64,000 nt of DNA. It comes from an uncultured Bacillaceae bacterium (lineage in GTDB: Bacteria; Bacillota; Bacilli; Bacillales; Caldibacillaceae). This document shows positions 19,861 through 32,374 of the stretch, in pieces. The stretch covers positions 27,905 through 91,904 of the forward strand of contig CALGYZ010000023.1 in NCBI GenBank assembly GCA_937934645.1, written 5' to 3'. The notes beneath the pieces were generated by a model. That model worked only from the letters and a program-made list of their open reading frames with translations. It did not search any database and was not told where the DNA came from. The position numbers and the translations under genes were made by a program. Within the stretch, counting starts at the first letter, position 1; every line of letters begins with the position of its first letter.

Positions 19861-22212
19861 TTATTTTAATTCCACTACAGTAACACCGGTTCCTCCTTCA
19901 TTGGCATCTGCATACCGGTATGATTTCACTTGCGGGTGTTTTTTTAAGTAATTTTGCACTCCGGTACGCAGGGCCCCGGTACCTTTTCCATGGATAATCG
20001 ATACCCGCTGATAACCGGCAAGAAGAGCGTCGTCAATGTATTTTTCCACTTTCATCATGGCATCTTCGTAACGCTCACCGCGTATATCCAGTTCCAAACC
20101 GACATGATATTCTTTCCCTTTAACGGTAACGAGCGGTTTTGTTTCGACTTTTGGCTTACTGCCTGTAGGCTCCATATCTTCTTCTTTTACATCCATTTTT
20201 AAAATGCCGATTTGGACCCGCCACCCATCTTCACTGACTTTTTCAATTAAATCCCCTTTTTGATTCAAGCTCAAGACTTTCACTTCGTCTCCCGGACGGA
20301 ACGTATAGGTTTTCTTTGCCTGTTTGGCTGCAGGTTTCTTTTTCGCTTCGGGAACGGCTTCCTCGAGGCGCTTCTTGGCGCCGATCAGCTCGTGTTCTTT
20401 AATTTCAACTGATTTTTCCAGTTGCATTTTCCGCAAGTTTTTAATGATTTCTTCGGCTTCATGTTCCGCTTTTTTCACGATGTTTTGTGCTTCCTGCCTG
20501 GCCCGTTCATAAAGCTTGTCCTTCATTTCATAATACTCTGCCATCGCCCGTTGCAGGTCCTGGTATGTTTTTTCCGCCAGTTTCAAATATTCCCTCGTCT
20601 CTTTTTCTTCTTCTTCAATGAGGCGTGTCCGTTCTTCCAGGGATGCGAGCATGTTATCCACTTTGCTCGATTCACCATGAATCTGTTTTTTCGCCCGTTT
20701 GATTATATGTGCAGCTAAGCCGAGACGTTTGGAAATTTCAAAGGCGTTGCTTCTCCCGGGCACGCCAATTAAAAGACGATATGTCGGACGCAATGTTTCC
20801 ACATCAAATTCAACGCTCGCATTAATGACGCCTTCCCGGTTATAACCATAGGCCTTCAATTCGGGGTAATGGGTTGTGGCAATCACTCTTGCCCCGCGGT
20901 TATGCACTTCATCCAAAATGGACATCGCAAGGGCGGCCCCTTCCTGGGGATCCGTTCCCGCACCAAGCTCGTCAAAAAGGACGAGACTGTTTTCGTCTAC
21001 ATGCTCTAAAATACCGACGATATTAACCATATGGGAAGAAAAAGTACTTAAGCTTTGTTCAATGGATTGCTCATCGCCGATATCGGCGAAAACCGATTGA
21101 AATACCGCCACTTCCGAACCGTCCCGGGCAGGAATGGGCAATCCCGCCTGGGCCATTAATATAATCAATCCGACCGTTTTTAACGTTACGGTTTTTCCGC
21201 CTGTATTCGGTCCGGTAATCACCATTGTCGTAAAATCCGTACCTAATTCGATATCATTGGCAACAACCTCATCTTCCGGGATAAAGGGATGTCTGGCTTT
21301 GAACAGACGGATCAATCCTTTATTATTCACTTCGGGTTTTGTTCCTTTGATCGCTTGTCCGTACTTTGCCTTCGCAAACATAAAATCAATTTTCTGCAAA
21401 ATTTCTGTCATTTCCCGCAACTCCGGACAGTAAACCCCCGTATCCTTGGACAGTACGGTTAAAATCCGCTCAATTTCAATCTGTTCCTTGATTTTCGCAT
21501 GATGCAGCTCATTATTTAATTGTACAACCGGCTCCGGTTCGATAAATAATGTCTGTCCGGACGAAGATTCATCATGAATAATTCCGCCGAAATGCCCCCG
21601 GTATTCTTGTTTTACCGGAAGGACAAACCGGTCGTTACGAATCGTAATAATTGCATCAGACAACATTTTTTGGACACCGGCAGAACGGATCATGCTCTCC
21701 AGCTTTTCCCTGATTTTTGCTTCAAACGTACGGATCCGGCTCCGGAGTGAGCGCAGTTCTTCACTGGCACTGTCCAGAACTTCCCCGTGTTCATTGATCG
21801 CACGGTTAATTTTCCGTTCCAATTCAACCGGCGGGTTTAATCTTTCATAAAGCTCACGTAAAATTGGTAATTCTTCCTCTTCCGTTATATTTCCGAGGAA
21901 TTTTTTCAAATGCCTTCCGGCGCGGATTGTGCTCGATATTTCGACAAACTCATTCATTTGCAAGATGCCGCCGATTTCCGCCCGTGTAATTGATGGAGAT
22001 ATATTAAAAATCCCGTCCAACGGAACATGTCCTTTGAGTCTGAGCACTTTTCCGGCTTCATCCGTTTCCGCCAGCCTTTTGACAACTTCGGAAAAATCCA
22101 CAGAAGGTGTTAATTTTTCGATCATTTCTTTTCCTAAAGCGGATGAAGCAAAATTCATCAGTTGTTTCCGGATTTTATGGAATTCCAGGGTTTCAAATAC
22201 TTTGTCGTTCAC
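19861..22212 (-). CDS. mutS2: endonuclease MutS2 (MutS-like ATPase with C-terminal Smr domain)
   Basis: Walker [12 protein letters not shown] and MutS signature STFSSHM. C-terminal Smr region [12 protein letters not shown]...[11 protein letters not shown]. Start re-set to GTG 22212 (SD AAAGGAGA 9 nt upstream), giving 783 aa. Confidence 0.93.
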   Translation of the reverse strand: MNDKVFETLEFHKIRKQLMNFASSALGKEMIEKLTPSVDFSEVVKRLAETDEAGKVLRLKGHVPLDGIFNISPSITRAEIGGILQMNEFVEISSTIRAGRHLKKFLGNITEEEELPILRELYERLNPPVELERKINRAINEHGEVLDSASEELRSLRSRIRTFEAKIREKLESMIRSAGVQKMLSDAIITIRNDRFVLPVKQEYRGHFGGIIHDESSSGQTLFIEPEPVVQLNNELHHAKIKEQIEIERILTVLSKDTGVYCPELREMTEILQKIDFMFAKAKYGQAIKGTKPEVNNKGLIRLFKARHPFIPEDEVVANDIELGTDFTTMVITGPNTGGKTVTLKTVGLIILMAQAGLPIPARDGSEVAVFQSVFADIGDEQSIEQSLSTFSSHMVNIVGILEHVDENSLVLFDELGAGTDPQEGAALAMSILDEVHNRGARVIATTHYPELKAYGYNREGVINASVEFDVETLRPTYRLLIGVPGRSNAFEISKRLGLAAHIIKRAKKQIHGESSKVDNMLASLEERTRLIEEEEKETREYLKLAEKTYQDLQRAMAEYYEMKDKLYERARQEAQNIVKKAEHEAEEIIKNLRKMQLEKSVEIKEHELIGAKKRLEEAVPEAKKKPAAKQAKKTYTFRPGDEVKVLSLNQKGDLIEKVSEDGWRVQIGILKMDVKEEDMEPTGSKPKVETKPLVTVKGKEYHVGLELDIRGERYEDAMMKVEKYIDDALLAGYQRVSIIHGKGTGALRTGVQNYLKKHPQVKSYRYADANEGGTGVTVVELK

Positions 22213-22252
22213 GGAGGAAAGTCTCCTTTCATTCTTTATTCCGTGGCAATCA

Positions 22253-23986
22253 TCATTTTCCATTTTTTCTCGTATGCAAGAATGCAATCAATTCGTCCAC
22301 GCTTTTCGTATTGATCACGGTATCTTTTTTGATCCATGCAGACCTTGCATATTGAACACCAATTTCCATATTTTGTAATGTAGCGATTTGATGGCTATCG
22401 GTATTGATCATAATTTTTACACCGACTTCCTGCGCCATCTTCAAATGCTCCCTTTTTAAATCTAATCGTTCAGGACTCGCATTTAGTTCCAATATCGTAT
22501 TTGTTTCTCCTGCCATTTCAATTAAACGGCCGATGTCGACTGCATAGCCGTCCCGTTTTCCGATGATTCTTCCTGTCGGATGGGCAATCATATCAACATA
22601 CGGATTTTTGCATGCGGCTTCAAGCCGTTTCATGATCATTTCTTCACTCTGTCCGAATGCTGAATGGATGGACGCAATAACAAAATCCAATTGTGATAAA
22701 AGTTCATGATCAAAATCTATTGAGCCGTCGGGTAAAATATCCACTTCGGATCCTGTCAAAACAGTAATATCATCATATTTTTCATTTAACTCCCGTACCC
22801 GTTCAACTTGTCTTTTTAACCGGTCCGGTGTAAGACCGTTAGCCACTTTTAAATATTGCGAATGGTCCGTAATAGCCATATATTCATAGCCTCTTTCCCG
22901 GCATGCTTCGATCATCTCTTCAATAGAGCACGCCCCGTCGCTCCAGGTCGTATGAATATGCAAATCACCGCGGATGTCTTCCAAAGTAATCAGCTCATTC
23001 AACCATCCGGTCTTATCAATTTCCGACCCGTCCTTTCGCAATTCCGGACTAATCCATGGCAGATTGAAATAATTAAAAAAATCCTTTTCAGAACTGAATG
23101 TGGTAACTCTACCCGTTTTCGCACATTCGACTCCGTATTCGCTGAGTTTTTCATTCCGTTCCTTTGCAATTTGCCGCATCCGGATATTATGTTCCTTGGA
23201 ACCGGTAAAATGATGTAAAGCGGTAGCAAATTCTTCCGGTTTAACGATTCTGAAATCAACAGAAATCTCGAAGGCCGGATCGATGGAAAAAACACAGGTA
23301 ATTTTCGTATCCCCTTCATTGATGACATCCTTAATATCCGGCAAATTCAAAATTTCCTTTTTCACGAGTTGCGGATCCCGGGTAGAAACAACAAAGTCAA
23401 GATCTTTCACTGTTTCTTCCATTCTTCTAACACTGCCGGCACGGGAAAATTGATGAATCGGACCGATTTCCAAGAGCTGCTCTTCAATCCACTTAACAAC
23501 CGGCAATACATCGCCAATGGCAAAACGCTGCTGGGTAAAGCGCATCTCCTCTAAACTTTTTAAAATGTTTTTTTCTTTTTTCGGGCCGAATCCTTTCAAC
23601 TGCCGGACTTTTTTCTCTTCACACACCCGCTTCAAATCATGAACATTTTCCACACTCAATTCATGATATAACCGGGAAACTGTTTTACCGCCCAGTCCGG
23701 GAATTTGCAGCAGGGGAATAAGTCCCACCGGTATTTCCTTTTGCAATTGTTTCAATGTGTTCGAACTGCCCGTTTCTATATACTCTTCAATAACAGCTGC
23801 TGTACCTTTTCCAATATTCGGAATGGAAGTAAAATCACTGATTTCCTTCAAGGAACGTTCATCCCTCTCCAGTGAAGCGGCAGCACGGCGGAATGCCTGG
23901 ATTTTAAAAGGGTTCTCCCCCTTCAGTTCCAAGTAAAGGGCAATCGTTTCCAAGAGCCGGATGATATCTTTTTTATTTATTTCCAA
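22253..23986 (-). CDS. polX: DNA polymerase/3'-5' exonuclease PolX (Pol-beta-like core + PHP domain)
   Basis: HhH region [10 protein letters not shown] and PHP motifs [12 protein letters not shown] and NTDSH. TTG 23986 (SD AAAGGTGA 5 nt upstream) is preferred over GTG 23995. Confidence 0.9.
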   Translation of the reverse strand: MEINKKDIIRLLETIALYLELKGENPFKIQAFRRAAASLERDERSLKEISDFTSIPNIGKGTAAVIEEYIETGSSNTLKQLQKEIPVGLIPLLQIPGLGGKTVSRLYHELSVENVHDLKRVCEEKKVRQLKGFGPKKEKNILKSLEEMRFTQQRFAIGDVLPVVKWIEEQLLEIGPIHQFSRAGSVRRMEETVKDLDFVVSTRDPQLVKKEILNLPDIKDVINEGDTKITCVFSIDPAFEISVDFRIVKPEEFATALHHFTGSKEHNIRMRQIAKERNEKLSEYGVECAKTGRVTTFSSEKDFFNYFNLPWISPELRKDGSEIDKTGWLNELITLEDIRGDLHIHTTWSDGACSIEEMIEACRERGYEYMAITDHSQYLKVANGLTPDRLKRQVERVRELNEKYDDITVLTGSEVDILPDGSIDFDHELLSQLDFVIASIHSAFGQSEEMIMKRLEAACKNPYVDMIAHPTGRIIGKRDGYAVDIGRLIEMAGETNTILELNASPERLDLKREHLKMAQEVGVKIMINTDSHQIATLQNMEIGVQYARSAWIKKDTVINTKSVDELIAFLHTRKNGK

Positions 23987-24152
23987 TGCAATCACCTTTT
24001 TGATCAGCCTTTCCTGACTTTCTCATCGTTCTCCCTTAATACTGTAACATTGTTCACACGGTTATGTTTATTGTCGCCGGCCTGTTTACAACTAAACATT
24101 GAACATGGAAGCCGGCCGGAAAAAAACGGGAAAATCGTTTTTGGAAGGAGTT

Positions 24153-24671
24153 TTAAAACCACATGCGGTAAATTTGCCGGGAGAATAGCGGTGTGTTTTC
24201 AATAATTCCTTTTGCTAAAGCGGATTGTTCAATCCAGCTCTGGATGTTTTCACCGGGAAGAAGAGCCAATATGTATAATACAAGAAACGTTATTAAATAA
24301 ACTTCTAAAAATCCAAGAATGCCTCCCGCCAATTTGTTCAGCTGTTTTATGACAGGGATGCGGCTTACAAAATTGAGCATGGAACCGGTCATATACAAAA
24401 AAATTTTTGCAGCAAGGAATATGATGATAAAAGAGAGACCATTGTAAAAAGCTTGTTCTGCATTTATCAATCCCAAAAACAGTCCCAGAGAATCGTCCTG
24501 TGGAAACGGAATCCATAATTGGATCCGTCCGGCAAAATCCTTATAATACAAAACAGCAATAATAAAGGCAACAAAAAAACTTATCAAATGAATAAATTGC
24601 AAAATAAAGCCCCTTTTCAGCCCGACGATAAAACCGGATGCTAATACGATAAGTAGAATGAAAGTCAACAT
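24153..24671 (-). CDS. cvpA: CvpA-family membrane protein
   Basis: Four hydrophobic segments. MLTFILLIVLASGFIVGLKRGFILQ resembles B. subtilis YshB/CvpA. ATG 24671 has AAGGAA 9 nt upstream. Confidence 0.8.
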   Translation of the reverse strand: MLTFILLIVLASGFIVGLKRGFILQFIHLISFFVAFIIAVLYYKDFAGRIQLWIPFPQDDSLGLFLGLINAEQAFYNGLSFIIIFLAAKIFLYMTGSMLNFVSRIPVIKQLNKLAGGILGFLEVYLITFLVLYILALLPGENIQSWIEQSALAKGIIENTPLFSRQIYRMWF

Positions 24672-24731
24672 GCTCATCAATTCCTTTGAAAGTTTAACAA
24701 ACCCCGCTGAACAGCAAATTCCGGATCAAAC

Positions 24732-24998
24732 TTATTCATTCTTTTGATCCGCTTCTTTTTTCAATTTCTCATATTTTTCTTTTATTTTTACATAATCGTT
24801 CACTGCATTGACCGCGGTCAAAACAGCAAGCTGGCTCGCATCCAGAGCTGAGTTTTTCCTTTTAATTTCCTTCATTTTTTCGTCGACTAGTTTGGCAACC
24901 TTTAAAATATGCTCGACAGATTCGGTACCGACAATCATATATTGTTGTCCGTATATTTCAACAGGAACCCTGTTTTTTTGTTCGTCTGACAAGTTCAT
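24732..24998 (-). CDS. zapA: cell-division protein ZapA
   Basis: ...VPVEIYGQQYMIVGTESVEHILKVAKLVDEKMKEI...LAVLTAVNAVNDYVKIKEKYEKLKKE matches the ZapA pattern. Start at ATG 24998 or TTG 25007. Confidence 0.88.
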   Translation of the reverse strand: MNLSDEQKNRVPVEIYGQQYMIVGTESVEHILKVAKLVDEKMKEIKRKNSALDASQLAVLTAVNAVNDYVKIKEKYEKLKKEADQKNE

Positions 24999-25113
24999 TT
25001 CCTCCAATCGCCAGAATCCTTTTTAATCATAGCATGAAACAAAATCAATTGGAAAGTGTAATACTGGTTTTCTTGTACTCCTTTACTATATAATAAAAGA
25101 ATTAGTCTTTTTT

Positions 25114-25180
25114 TCAAAATAAAAACTGTCCCACTGGCACGCAGGACATAGCTTCCTGCATGCCGGGATGAGACAGTTTT
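25114..25180 (-). terminator. intrinsic terminator after pheT
   Basis: Long hairpin AAAACTGTC...GACAGTTTT with inner stem GGCACGCAGGA/TCCTGCATGCC. Followed on the minus strand by TTTTTATTTTG. Confidence 0.75.
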
Positions 25181-25185
25181 TACGA

Positions 25186-27600
25186 TTATTTTCTTAATTC
25201 CGCGCCTGCTTTTTCATGTAAAACGGATAAGATCTTTTCGTGAATCTCAGTTACTTCTTCATCCGTCAATGTCTTTTCCGGATCTAAATACGTGAGGGTA
25301 AATGCGACGGATTTTTTTCCGGCAGCGATGTTTTCACCCTCATATAAATCAAATACTTTTACATCTTTCAAAAGACGCCCGCCGGCTTCTTTAATTAATG
25401 CGGCAAGTTCTCCTGCCGATTGTTCTTTATCGACGATTAATGCAATATCCCGGGAAATGCTCGGGAATTTCGGGATGGCTTCGTATTGAAGCGGGGCGGT
25501 TTCTGCCTTTAACAGCCGTTCCATGTCGAGCTCAAAAACAAATACGTTTTTCACATCATATTCTTTCTCTTTTTCCGGATGGACTTTACCTAAAAAACCG
25601 ATGACTTCACCGTCAAGCAGGATATGCGCCGTTTGTCCAGGATGCATACCGTCAACTTCCGCTTTTTCATAACTTATTTTCGAATCCAGCTGCAATTTTT
25701 CAAATAATGCTTCCAAAATTCCTTTAACGATATAAAAGTCTGCCAGCAGTTTTTCACCCTGCCACGGATGGTTTACGTAAAGACCTGTTATAGCACCGGC
25801 AAGATGCTCTCTCTCCTCCGGAAGCACATCTTCACCTCTGGAAATAAACACCGTTCCTGTCTCATACAGGGCAATATGATCATTTTTCCGCGCAATATTA
25901 TAACGGACGGCATCCAATAAATGCGGCAAGAGGCTATTTCTCAAAATGGAATGCTCCTCACTCATCGGCATAGCCAATTTAATCGGCTCGGAACGGTTCA
26001 AGGCAAATTGGCCGAATTTCTTTTCGTTTGTTAACGAGTATGTCATCGCCTGGTTCATGCCGGCACCTTCCAGTACATTTCTCACTACTCTTCTCTTCTT
26101 TTGATACGGAGTGAGAGTACCAGCTGTCCGGGGTCCCTCAGGAAGGGTTTCAGGTATGAGATCGTATCCGTACAACCGGGCAATTTCTTCATACAAATCT
26201 TCTTTTATAGATATATCCGGTCTTCGGGAAGAAATTTCAACGTGAAAATTCGCGCCGTCCCTTTCATACTTAAATCTCAGCCGCCGGAATATATTTTCAA
26301 CCGTTTCTGCCGGGATATTTGTTCCTAAAAATTTATTAACTTCCGGAAGCTCCACGGAAACTTTGACCGGCTTAACATCCAGCGCATCATCCTCTACAGT
26401 TCCTTCAAGCACTTCACCGCCGGCTAATTCGGCAATGAGCATGCATGCCCGCTCTGCCGCCTCCCGTACCCGTGCCGGATCAATGCCTTTTTCAAACCGG
26501 TTACTTGCCTCACTTCTGAGACCGTGGTCCAAAGAAGCTTTCCGGATCACTTTCGGGTCAAAATAAGCAGCTTCCAATAACACCGTCGTCGTATCATCTG
26601 TAACTTCAGAATTTGCCCCGCCCATAACCCCTGCAAGGGCAACGGGTTCTTTTCCGTTCGTAATGACAAGATGATCCGGATTCAGTTTCCTTTCAACATC
26701 ATCCAATGTTGTGATCGTTTCTCCGTCTTTTGCCCGTCTGACTAAAATTTCTTTTGATCCCAGACAGTCATAGTCAAAGGCGTGTAACGGCTGTCCGTAT
26801 TCAAGCAAAATATAGTTTGTAATGTCGACAACATTGTTGTGCGGACGTATACCTGCATTCATCAGACGGGTTTGCAGCCAGAGCGGCGACGGGCCGATTT
26901 TTACATTTTTAATAACTTTTGCCGCATATAACGGGGCATCTTCCGGTGTTTCCACTTTAACCGTAATATAATCGCTTGCTTTTTCATTTCTCTCATTCAG
27001 CCGGATTTCAGGCAACCGGACATCCTTATCCAAAATCGCCGCAGTCTCATACGCTACCCCGATCATACTCAAGCAATCCCCGCGGTTCGGCGTTAAATCA
27101 AGTTCCAAAACAACATCGTCCATATTCAACAGTTCGAGGGCGTCGCTCCCCGGCTCTGCATCTTCAGGCAAAACAAAAATTCCGTCCGCGTATTCTTTCG
27201 GGACGACTTTGCTGTCGTAGCCGAGCTCCTGAAGGGAACAGATCATACCGTTCGATTGTTCCCCGCGGATTTTTCCTTTTTTAATTTTTATATTTCCGGC
27301 GATACGTGCACCCGGCTTGGCCACGATCACTTTTTGACCTGCCGCTACATTGGGGGCGCCGCAGACAATTTGTACCGGTTCATCTTCACCGATATCCACC
27401 CGGCATAAGCTCAAACGGTCGGCATTCGGATGTTTTTCACATGACAAAACATGGCCGACGACAATTTTTTTCAGTCCTTCCCCTTTTCGTTCTACCTGAT
27501 CAACTTCAATCCCGGAGCGGGTAATTTTTTCGGCTAAATCTTCCGGTGTGATGTCACTTACATCGACATACGAACCAAGCCATTTATATGAAACAAGCAT
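25186..27600 (-). CDS. pheT: phenylalanine--tRNA ligase beta subunit
   Basis: 804 aa. N-terminal tRNA-binding domain [13 protein letters not shown], then B3/4, B5 and FDX-ACB regions. Directly downstream of pheS. Confidence 0.95.
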   Translation of the reverse strand: MLVSYKWLGSYVDVSDITPEDLAEKITRSGIEVDQVERKGEGLKKIVVGHVLSCEKHPNADRLSLCRVDIGEDEPVQIVCGAPNVAAGQKVIVAKPGARIAGNIKIKKGKIRGEQSNGMICSLQELGYDSKVVPKEYADGIFVLPEDAEPGSDALELLNMDDVVLELDLTPNRGDCLSMIGVAYETAAILDKDVRLPEIRLNERNEKASDYITVKVETPEDAPLYAAKVIKNVKIGPSPLWLQTRLMNAGIRPHNNVVDITNYILLEYGQPLHAFDYDCLGSKEILVRRAKDGETITTLDDVERKLNPDHLVITNGKEPVALAGVMGGANSEVTDDTTTVLLEAAYFDPKVIRKASLDHGLRSEASNRFEKGIDPARVREAAERACMLIAELAGGEVLEGTVEDDALDVKPVKVSVELPEVNKFLGTNIPAETVENIFRRLRFKYERDGANFHVEISSRRPDISIKEDLYEEIARLYGYDLIPETLPEGPRTAGTLTPYQKKRRVVRNVLEGAGMNQAMTYSLTNEKKFGQFALNRSEPIKLAMPMSEEHSILRNSLLPHLLDAVRYNIARKNDHIALYETGTVFISRGEDVLPEEREHLAGAITGLYVNHPWQGEKLLADFYIVKGILEALFEKLQLDSKISYEKAEVDGMHPGQTAHILLDGEVIGFLGKVHPEKEKEYDVKNVFVFELDMERLLKAETAPLQYEAIPKFPSISRDIALIVDKEQSAGELAALIKEAGGRLLKDVKVFDLYEGENIAAGKKSVAFTLTYLDPEKTLTDEEVTEIHEKILSVLHEKAGAELRK

Positions 27601-27695
27601 GCTGAAAACCTCCTGTATCTTTTGTACTCCTAAATAAGAAAGTTAAATTCCATATACTGTCTGTCCGTTTTATAGACTGAGGGTACCTGCTGTGA

Positions 27696-28736
27696 TTATA
27701 AATCAGCCGGATTAAATTGTTTCAGGAAACGGATATCGTTTGTATAAAAGTGACGGATATCATCAATGCCATATTTCAGCATGGCAATCCGTTCAGGCCC
27801 CATACCGAAAGCAAACCCGGAATATTTGTCCGGATCAAAACCGCTCATTCTCAATACATTCGGATGAACCATCCCGGCCCCTAAAATTTCGATCCAGCCG
27901 GTTCCTTTGCACACGTGGCATCCTGAACCGTCACACATTTTGCACGAAATATCCATTTCAACAGAGGGCTCGGTAAACGGGAAATAACTCGGACGGAGAC
28001 GAATCTTCCGGTCTTCACCGAATATTTTTTTCGCAAAAATAGATAAGGTGCCTTTCAAATCACTCATTCGGATATTTTCATCAACAACAAGCCCTTCAAT
28101 TTGCGTAAATTGGTGCGAATGTGTCGCATCATCATTGTCACGCCGGTACACATGTCCCGGACATATAATTTTCACCGGACCTTTTCCTTTCGCTTTTTCC
28201 ATCGTCCGTGCCTGTACCGGGGAAGTATGGGTGCGGAGCAAAATTTCATTTGTTATATAAAAAGAATCCTGCATATCCCGTGCCGGGTGGTTTTTCGGTA
28301 TATTTAACGCTTCAAAGTTGTAGTAATCCGTTTCAACTTCCGGTCCTTCGGCAACTTCATATCCCAATCCGATAAATAAATCTTCAATTTCCTGGATAAT
28401 TTTCGTCAGCGGATGAGGATTACCCAGATTAACCGGACGTCCCGGAAGCGTAACATCAATTGATTCTTCAGCAAGCTTCTTTTGAATTGCTTCTTCTTCC
28501 AGCTCTTTTTTTCTTTCTTCAATCCTTCCTGCTATAGTCGACCGTACCTCATTGGCCATTGCACCGACGACAGGCCGCTCCTCCGGAGGGAGTTTGCCCA
28601 TCCCTCTCAACACTTCCGTGATCGGTCCTTTTTTTCCTAAATAGCGGACCCGGACATCGTTTAATTGTTTTAAATCAAGGGCGTCTTCTATTTCTTTCAA
28701 AGCTTCTGCCTTTAATGTTTCAAGACGTTCTTTCAC
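27696..28736 (-). CDS. pheS: phenylalanine--tRNA ligase alpha subunit
   Basis: 346 aa. Class II motifs [23 protein letters not shown]-like [13 protein letters not shown], and [21 protein letters not shown] start with SD GGGAGG. Confidence 0.95.
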   Translation of the reverse strand: MKERLETLKAEALKEIEDALDLKQLNDVRVRYLGKKGPITEVLRGMGKLPPEERPVVGAMANEVRSTIAGRIEERKKELEEEAIQKKLAEESIDVTLPGRPVNLGNPHPLTKIIQEIEDLFIGLGYEVAEGPEVETDYYNFEALNIPKNHPARDMQDSFYITNEILLRTHTSPVQARTMEKAKGKGPVKIICPGHVYRRDNDDATHSHQFTQIEGLVVDENIRMSDLKGTLSIFAKKIFGEDRKIRLRPSYFPFTEPSVEMDISCKMCDGSGCHVCKGTGWIEILGAGMVHPNVLRMSGFDPDKYSGFAFGMGPERIAMLKYGIDDIRHFYTNDIRFLKQFNPADL

Positions 28737-28772
28737 GTTTATACCTCCCTGAAAGTATTTAAATTCCTAAAA

Positions 28773-29058
28773 CAAAAAATCCCCGTCCGTAAAGGGACGA
28801 GGATTGTATTCGCGGTACCACCCTTTTTAATGCAATTTACCGGCTGGTAAAATTGCATTCACTCCATTTGGTAACGGTCTTCCCGCCCGATCTTTACGCT
28901 CCGGGTGATTCCGGAACGGTCCCGACCGGGAGTTCATGGGGTGAAATTTCGTTTGGACCGGTTGGAAATGCTTCCAGTCAAGGCATCTCCTCCCTGTAAA
29001 CCGGCAATCCCAAACGACAGGTCCCCAATCATCACTTGTATCCTTATTCAAGTTATCA
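28773..29058 (-). promoter_or_regulatory. T-box leader (Phe, specifier UUC) controlling pheST
   Basis: Minus strand has GA motif AGUGAUGA; stem I with outer TGGGG/CCCCA and inner CGTTTGGA/TCCAAACG; specifier loop AAAUUUCA (UUC at 28945-28943, followed by A). T-box AAAGGGTGGTACCGCG (28810-28825) and terminator CCUCGUCC/GGACGGGG + UUUUUU. Confidence 0.9.
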
Positions 29059-29065
29059 TTAATTT

Positions 29066-29094
29066 ATTATATATTGGTTTTTTCCGTTTCGCAA
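29066..29094 (-). promoter_or_regulatory. sigma-A promoter of the pheS leader
   Basis: Minus strand TTGCGA (29094-29089) - 17 nt - TATAAT (29071-29066). Confidence 0.6.
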
Positions 29095-29130
29095 CGGTCG
29101 TACGGGAATTATATATATACTTCCGAATAT

Positions 29131-29886
29131 TTAAACAAGGTTTCCCCGCAAATAATATAATAAAATTCCCGTGGCAACCGAAACATTTAATGACTCATTC
29201 TTTCCATATATAGGAATATATAAGTTTTTTTCTGCTTTTTGTAAATGCTCTTCACTGACACCCTGACCTTCATTTCCAACAATCAAAGCAAACGATTTTT
29301 GCGGGGCAACCTCATACATCGGCACGCCGTTTTTAACAGCAGTGCCGAAGACGGGAATTTTCATTTTATTCAGCCGCTCAATCCAATCGTGCAAATTTCC
29401 GCGGACAACCGGAAGATGAAAATGGCTGCCCTGGGCCGCACGCAATACCTTAGAATTATATATATCAGCGCTTCCTTCGCCGACGATAACCGCATCAAGT
29501 CCTGCACTGTCCGCCGTGCGGATTAACGTGCCGAGATTTCCGGGATCTTGCACTGCGTCCAATAATAAAAACCGCTTTCCGGAAACCGAGGCATCTTCCA
29601 TTTGACGGCAGACCGCAAAAATTCCCTGGGGTGTTTCCGTATCGGAAATCACCTTGGCAATTTCTTCGGAAACGATGTACAGACTTTCTCCGCTATTGAA
29701 GTCCGGTACGCTTTCATAATACGCTTCCGTCATGATCAGTTCCGCAATAATTCCCGTTTCTAATGCCTCTTCAACAAGATGCCGGCCTTCGATCAAAAAC
29801 AACCCTGTTTTTTCCCGTTCTTTCTTTTTCAATAATTTTTTCCAACGTTTTACATTCTCATTTTTCGTTGATCGTATATATTTCAT
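29131..29886 (-). CDS. ysgA: TrmH/SpoU-family RNA 2'-O-methyltransferase
   Basis: 251 aa. SpoU motifs LLLDAVQDPGNLGTLIRTA, ALIVGNEGQGVS and LNVSVATGILLY. Same position as B. subtilis ysgA. Confidence 0.85.
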   Translation of the reverse strand: MKYIRSTKNENVKRWKKLLKKKEREKTGLFLIEGRHLVEEALETGIIAELIMTEAYYESVPDFNSGESLYIVSEEIAKVISDTETPQGIFAVCRQMEDASVSGKRFLLLDAVQDPGNLGTLIRTADSAGLDAVIVGEGSADIYNSKVLRAAQGSHFHLPVVRGNLHDWIERLNKMKIPVFGTAVKNGVPMYEVAPQKSFALIVGNEGQGVSEEHLQKAEKNLYIPIYGKNESLNVSVATGILLYYLRGNLV

Positions 29887-30007
29887 CCGTGATCTCCTTT
29901 ACACCCGTACTGTCATTACTTTTCATTATACCGGAATTGGGATACATAATACATCTCAAAAAGTAACACAATATCCATGATCAAATTAAACATACGGAGG
30001 GATGAAA

Positions 30008-30217
30008 ATGAACTTTAATTTAAGAAATGCCATTAAACAGAATGTAGCAGATAACTCCCTTGAAGAGCTGCAAGAAACGATTGTCGATGCAATCCAAACT
30101 GGGGAAGAAAAGATGCTACCGGGTCTCGGGGTCTTATTTGAAATTATCTGGCAACAGGCGAGTCCGGAAGAAAAACGAATGATGCTGGAGAACCTGGAGG
30201 TAGGATTAAAACAATAA
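30008..30217 (+). CDS. sspI: small acid-soluble spore protein SspI
   Basis: [13 protein letters not shown]...[33 protein letters not shown] closely resembles recalled B. subtilis SspI. ATG 30008 has GGAGGG 6 nt upstream; ATG 30002 abuts the SD. Confidence 0.9.
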   Translation: MNFNLRNAIKQNVADNSLEELQETIVDAIQTGEEKMLPGLGVLFEIIWQQASPEEKRMMLENLEVGLKQ

Positions 30218-30274
30218 TGCTGCTTTATGGACAGAGACGGCAAAATCATACATTAAAAAAATAAATATATCCCA

Positions 30275-31066
30275 ATGACCTCGTTAACAAGTGGTCTGGT
30301 TCAGGAAGTAGCAGAAGGAGTCTTTTTTTATACGATTCAAATCGTCAATATCGTATTTATAAAAACCAAAAACAGTATCGTATTAATTGATACAGGCATG
30401 CCGGGGAGCGGGAGGCAAATCATTGAATTAATGGAAGGGATCTTTGGATCTGTCACACATCCCGGCACCATCATATTAATACACGGACATTTTGACCATG
30501 CCGGTTCGGTTGAACAATTATTGAAGCGGTGGCATATACCAGTATACGCCTACCCGCTGGAAATTCCTTATTTAACAGGGAAAAAAAGTTATCCGGAACC
30601 TGACGGGACGGTGGAAGGCGGCCTTATTGCAAAGCTGTCACCGTTATTTCCAAATGAAAGCATTGATCTTGGTGACAGTGTAAGACCGCTGCCAAACGAC
30701 GGTTCGCTCCCCCTTCTTCCCGGCAGGCGGTGGATTCATACGCCAGGACATACAGAAGGGCATATCTCCCTGTTCCGGGAAAAAGACCGGACATTAATTG
30801 CGGGTGATGCTTTTATTACAGTCAGGCAGGATTCCCTTTATAAAGTGCTCTTACAAAAACAGGAAATATACGGTCCGCCCCGATACTTTACAACCGATTG
30901 GGAACAAGCAAAAGCATCGGTGGCTAAATTGGCCGGAATGGATCCGTATATTGCAGTCACAGGGCACGGCCTGCCATTGGAAGGGGATGAGCTGGAGCAA
31001 GGTCTTGCCAAACTTGTCAAGCAATTCGATACAATGGCCAGACCGGATTACGGAAAATTTGTTTGA
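30275..31066 (+). CDS. metallo-beta-lactamase-fold hydrolase
   Basis: 263 aa with the MBL motif HGHFDHAG, later HTPGHTEGH and TGHG. No clear SD at ATG 30275. Confidence 0.8.
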   Translation: MTSLTSGLVQEVAEGVFFYTIQIVNIVFIKTKNSIVLIDTGMPGSGRQIIELMEGIFGSVTHPGTIILIHGHFDHAGSVEQLLKRWHIPVYAYPLEIPYLTGKKSYPEPDGTVEGGLIAKLSPLFPNESIDLGDSVRPLPNDGSLPLLPGRRWIHTPGHTEGHISLFREKDRTLIAGDAFITVRQDSLYKVLLQKQEIYGPPRYFTTDWEQAKASVAKLAGMDPYIAVTGHGLPLEGDELEQGLAKLVKQFDTMARPDYGKFV

Positions 31067-31076
31067 ACCGGCTAAT

Positions 31077-31110
31077 GAAAAATGACGTGTACACTGACAC
31101 GTCATTTTTA
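31077..31110. terminator. bidirectional terminator between the MBL gene and ysdC
   Basis: 9-bp stem ATGACGTGT/ACACGTCAT (31082-31105), flanked by AAAA and TTTT. Confidence 0.8.
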
Positions 31111-31115
31111 ATTGA

Positions 31116-32204
31116 TTAGTTGTATTTTATTTTGTTCACCGCATCCGCATCAAGCCGTTTAACGACTTCAGTCATTAATTTCACCGTATTTTCATAATCA
31201 TCCCGGTGAATGATGCTTGCGTGAGAGTGGAGATAACGGGTTGCGATCGTAACGGCAATGGATGGAACACCGCTTTTTGTTAAATGAATGGAACCCGCGT
31301 CCGTTCCGCCTCCAGGAATGGATTCAAACTGATACGGTATGTTTAAGTCTTCTGCCACATCAATCACAAATTCGCGCAAACCTTTGTGGGAAACGAGTGA
31401 CGCATCGTAAATAATGATTTGCGGTCCCTCGCCGAGCTTGCTCATCGATTCTTTTTCTGTCACACCCGGAGTATCCCCCGCGGTTCCGACATCCAAAGCA
31501 AAACCGATATCCGGCTCAATTTGATATGCGGCGGTTTTCGCTCCGCGTAAGCCAACTTCTTCCTGTACAGCTCCAACGCCGTAAACGATGTTCGGATGAT
31601 TTTCCTTTTGTAAATTTTTCATTACGTCGATTACCACCGCGCAGCCGATCCGGTTATCCCATGCTTTGGCAAGCAAATACTTTTCATTTTTCATAACGGT
31701 GAATTCAAAATATGGAACAATCATGTCTCCGGGACGAATCCCCCATGATTCTGCTTCTTCTTTGTCCTTTGCACCGATATCGATAAACATATCTTTGATA
31801 TCAAAGGGCTTCTTACGGGCCTCGGGCGATAAAATATGCGGCGGTTTAGAACCGATAACCCCGGTGATCGTATCTCCTTTAGAAGTCACGATCGTTACCC
31901 GCTGGGCAAGAAGAACCTGGCTCCACCATCCGCCCACCGTTTGGAAACGAATAAATCCTTTATCATCAATTTGCTTTACCATAAAGCCGACTTCATCGAG
32001 ATGGGCACCAAGCATGATTTTCGGGCCATTTTCTTTTCCAGTTTTCCGGGCGATTAAACTGCCGAGACCGTCAAAAGATAATTCGTCGGCATACGGTTCT
32101 ATGTATTTTTTCATAACATCCCTTACTTCCCGTTCATTGCCGGGAATACCTTTAGCATCGGTTAAATCTTTAAGCATCTTCAATGTTTCGTCGGGCTGTG
32201 TCAA
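31116..32204 (-). CDS. ysdC: M42-family aminopeptidase (YsdC/FrvX-like)
   Basis: 362 aa, with [25 protein letters not shown] and ATRYLHSH typical of M42 peptidases. TTG start with SD GGAGGG 6 nt upstream. Confidence 0.88.
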   Translation of the reverse strand: MTQPDETLKMLKDLTDAKGIPGNEREVRDVMKKYIEPYADELSFDGLGSLIARKTGKENGPKIMLGAHLDEVGFMVKQIDDKGFIRFQTVGGWWSQVLLAQRVTIVTSKGDTITGVIGSKPPHILSPEARKKPFDIKDMFIDIGAKDKEEAESWGIRPGDMIVPYFEFTVMKNEKYLLAKAWDNRIGCAVVIDVMKNLQKENHPNIVYGVGAVQEEVGLRGAKTAAYQIEPDIGFALDVGTAGDTPGVTEKESMSKLGEGPQIIIYDASLVSHKGLREFVIDVAEDLNIPYQFESIPGGGTDAGSIHLTKSGVPSIAVTIATRYLHSHASIIHRDDYENTVKLMTEVVKRLDADAVNKIKYN

Positions 32205-32290
32205 GCCGATCCCTCCTTATAACGGTATATTTTTATTATACTAAAGTATAATTGCCGGAACAAACTGGAAATCCCTGTTGTTTATTTAAC

Positions 32291-32320
32291 TTGACACCTG
32301 TTTCCGGGGCAAGTTAATAT
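32291..32320 (+). promoter_or_regulatory. sigma-A-like promoter reading into the ABC remnant
   Basis: TTGACA (32291-32296) - 18 nt - TAATAT (32315-32320). Confidence 0.5.
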
Positions 32321-32374
32321 TTATCTGTTTATACGGACGATCTGTCAGCATAGCGCTGATCCATTATCCGGACA

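Noticed and set aside
28827-29213. ORFs of 74 and 102 aa inside the pheS upstream region
   Set aside because: The region folds as a canonical T-box leader (GA motif, specifier loop, T-box sequence, terminator/antiterminator), so the ORFs are incidental.
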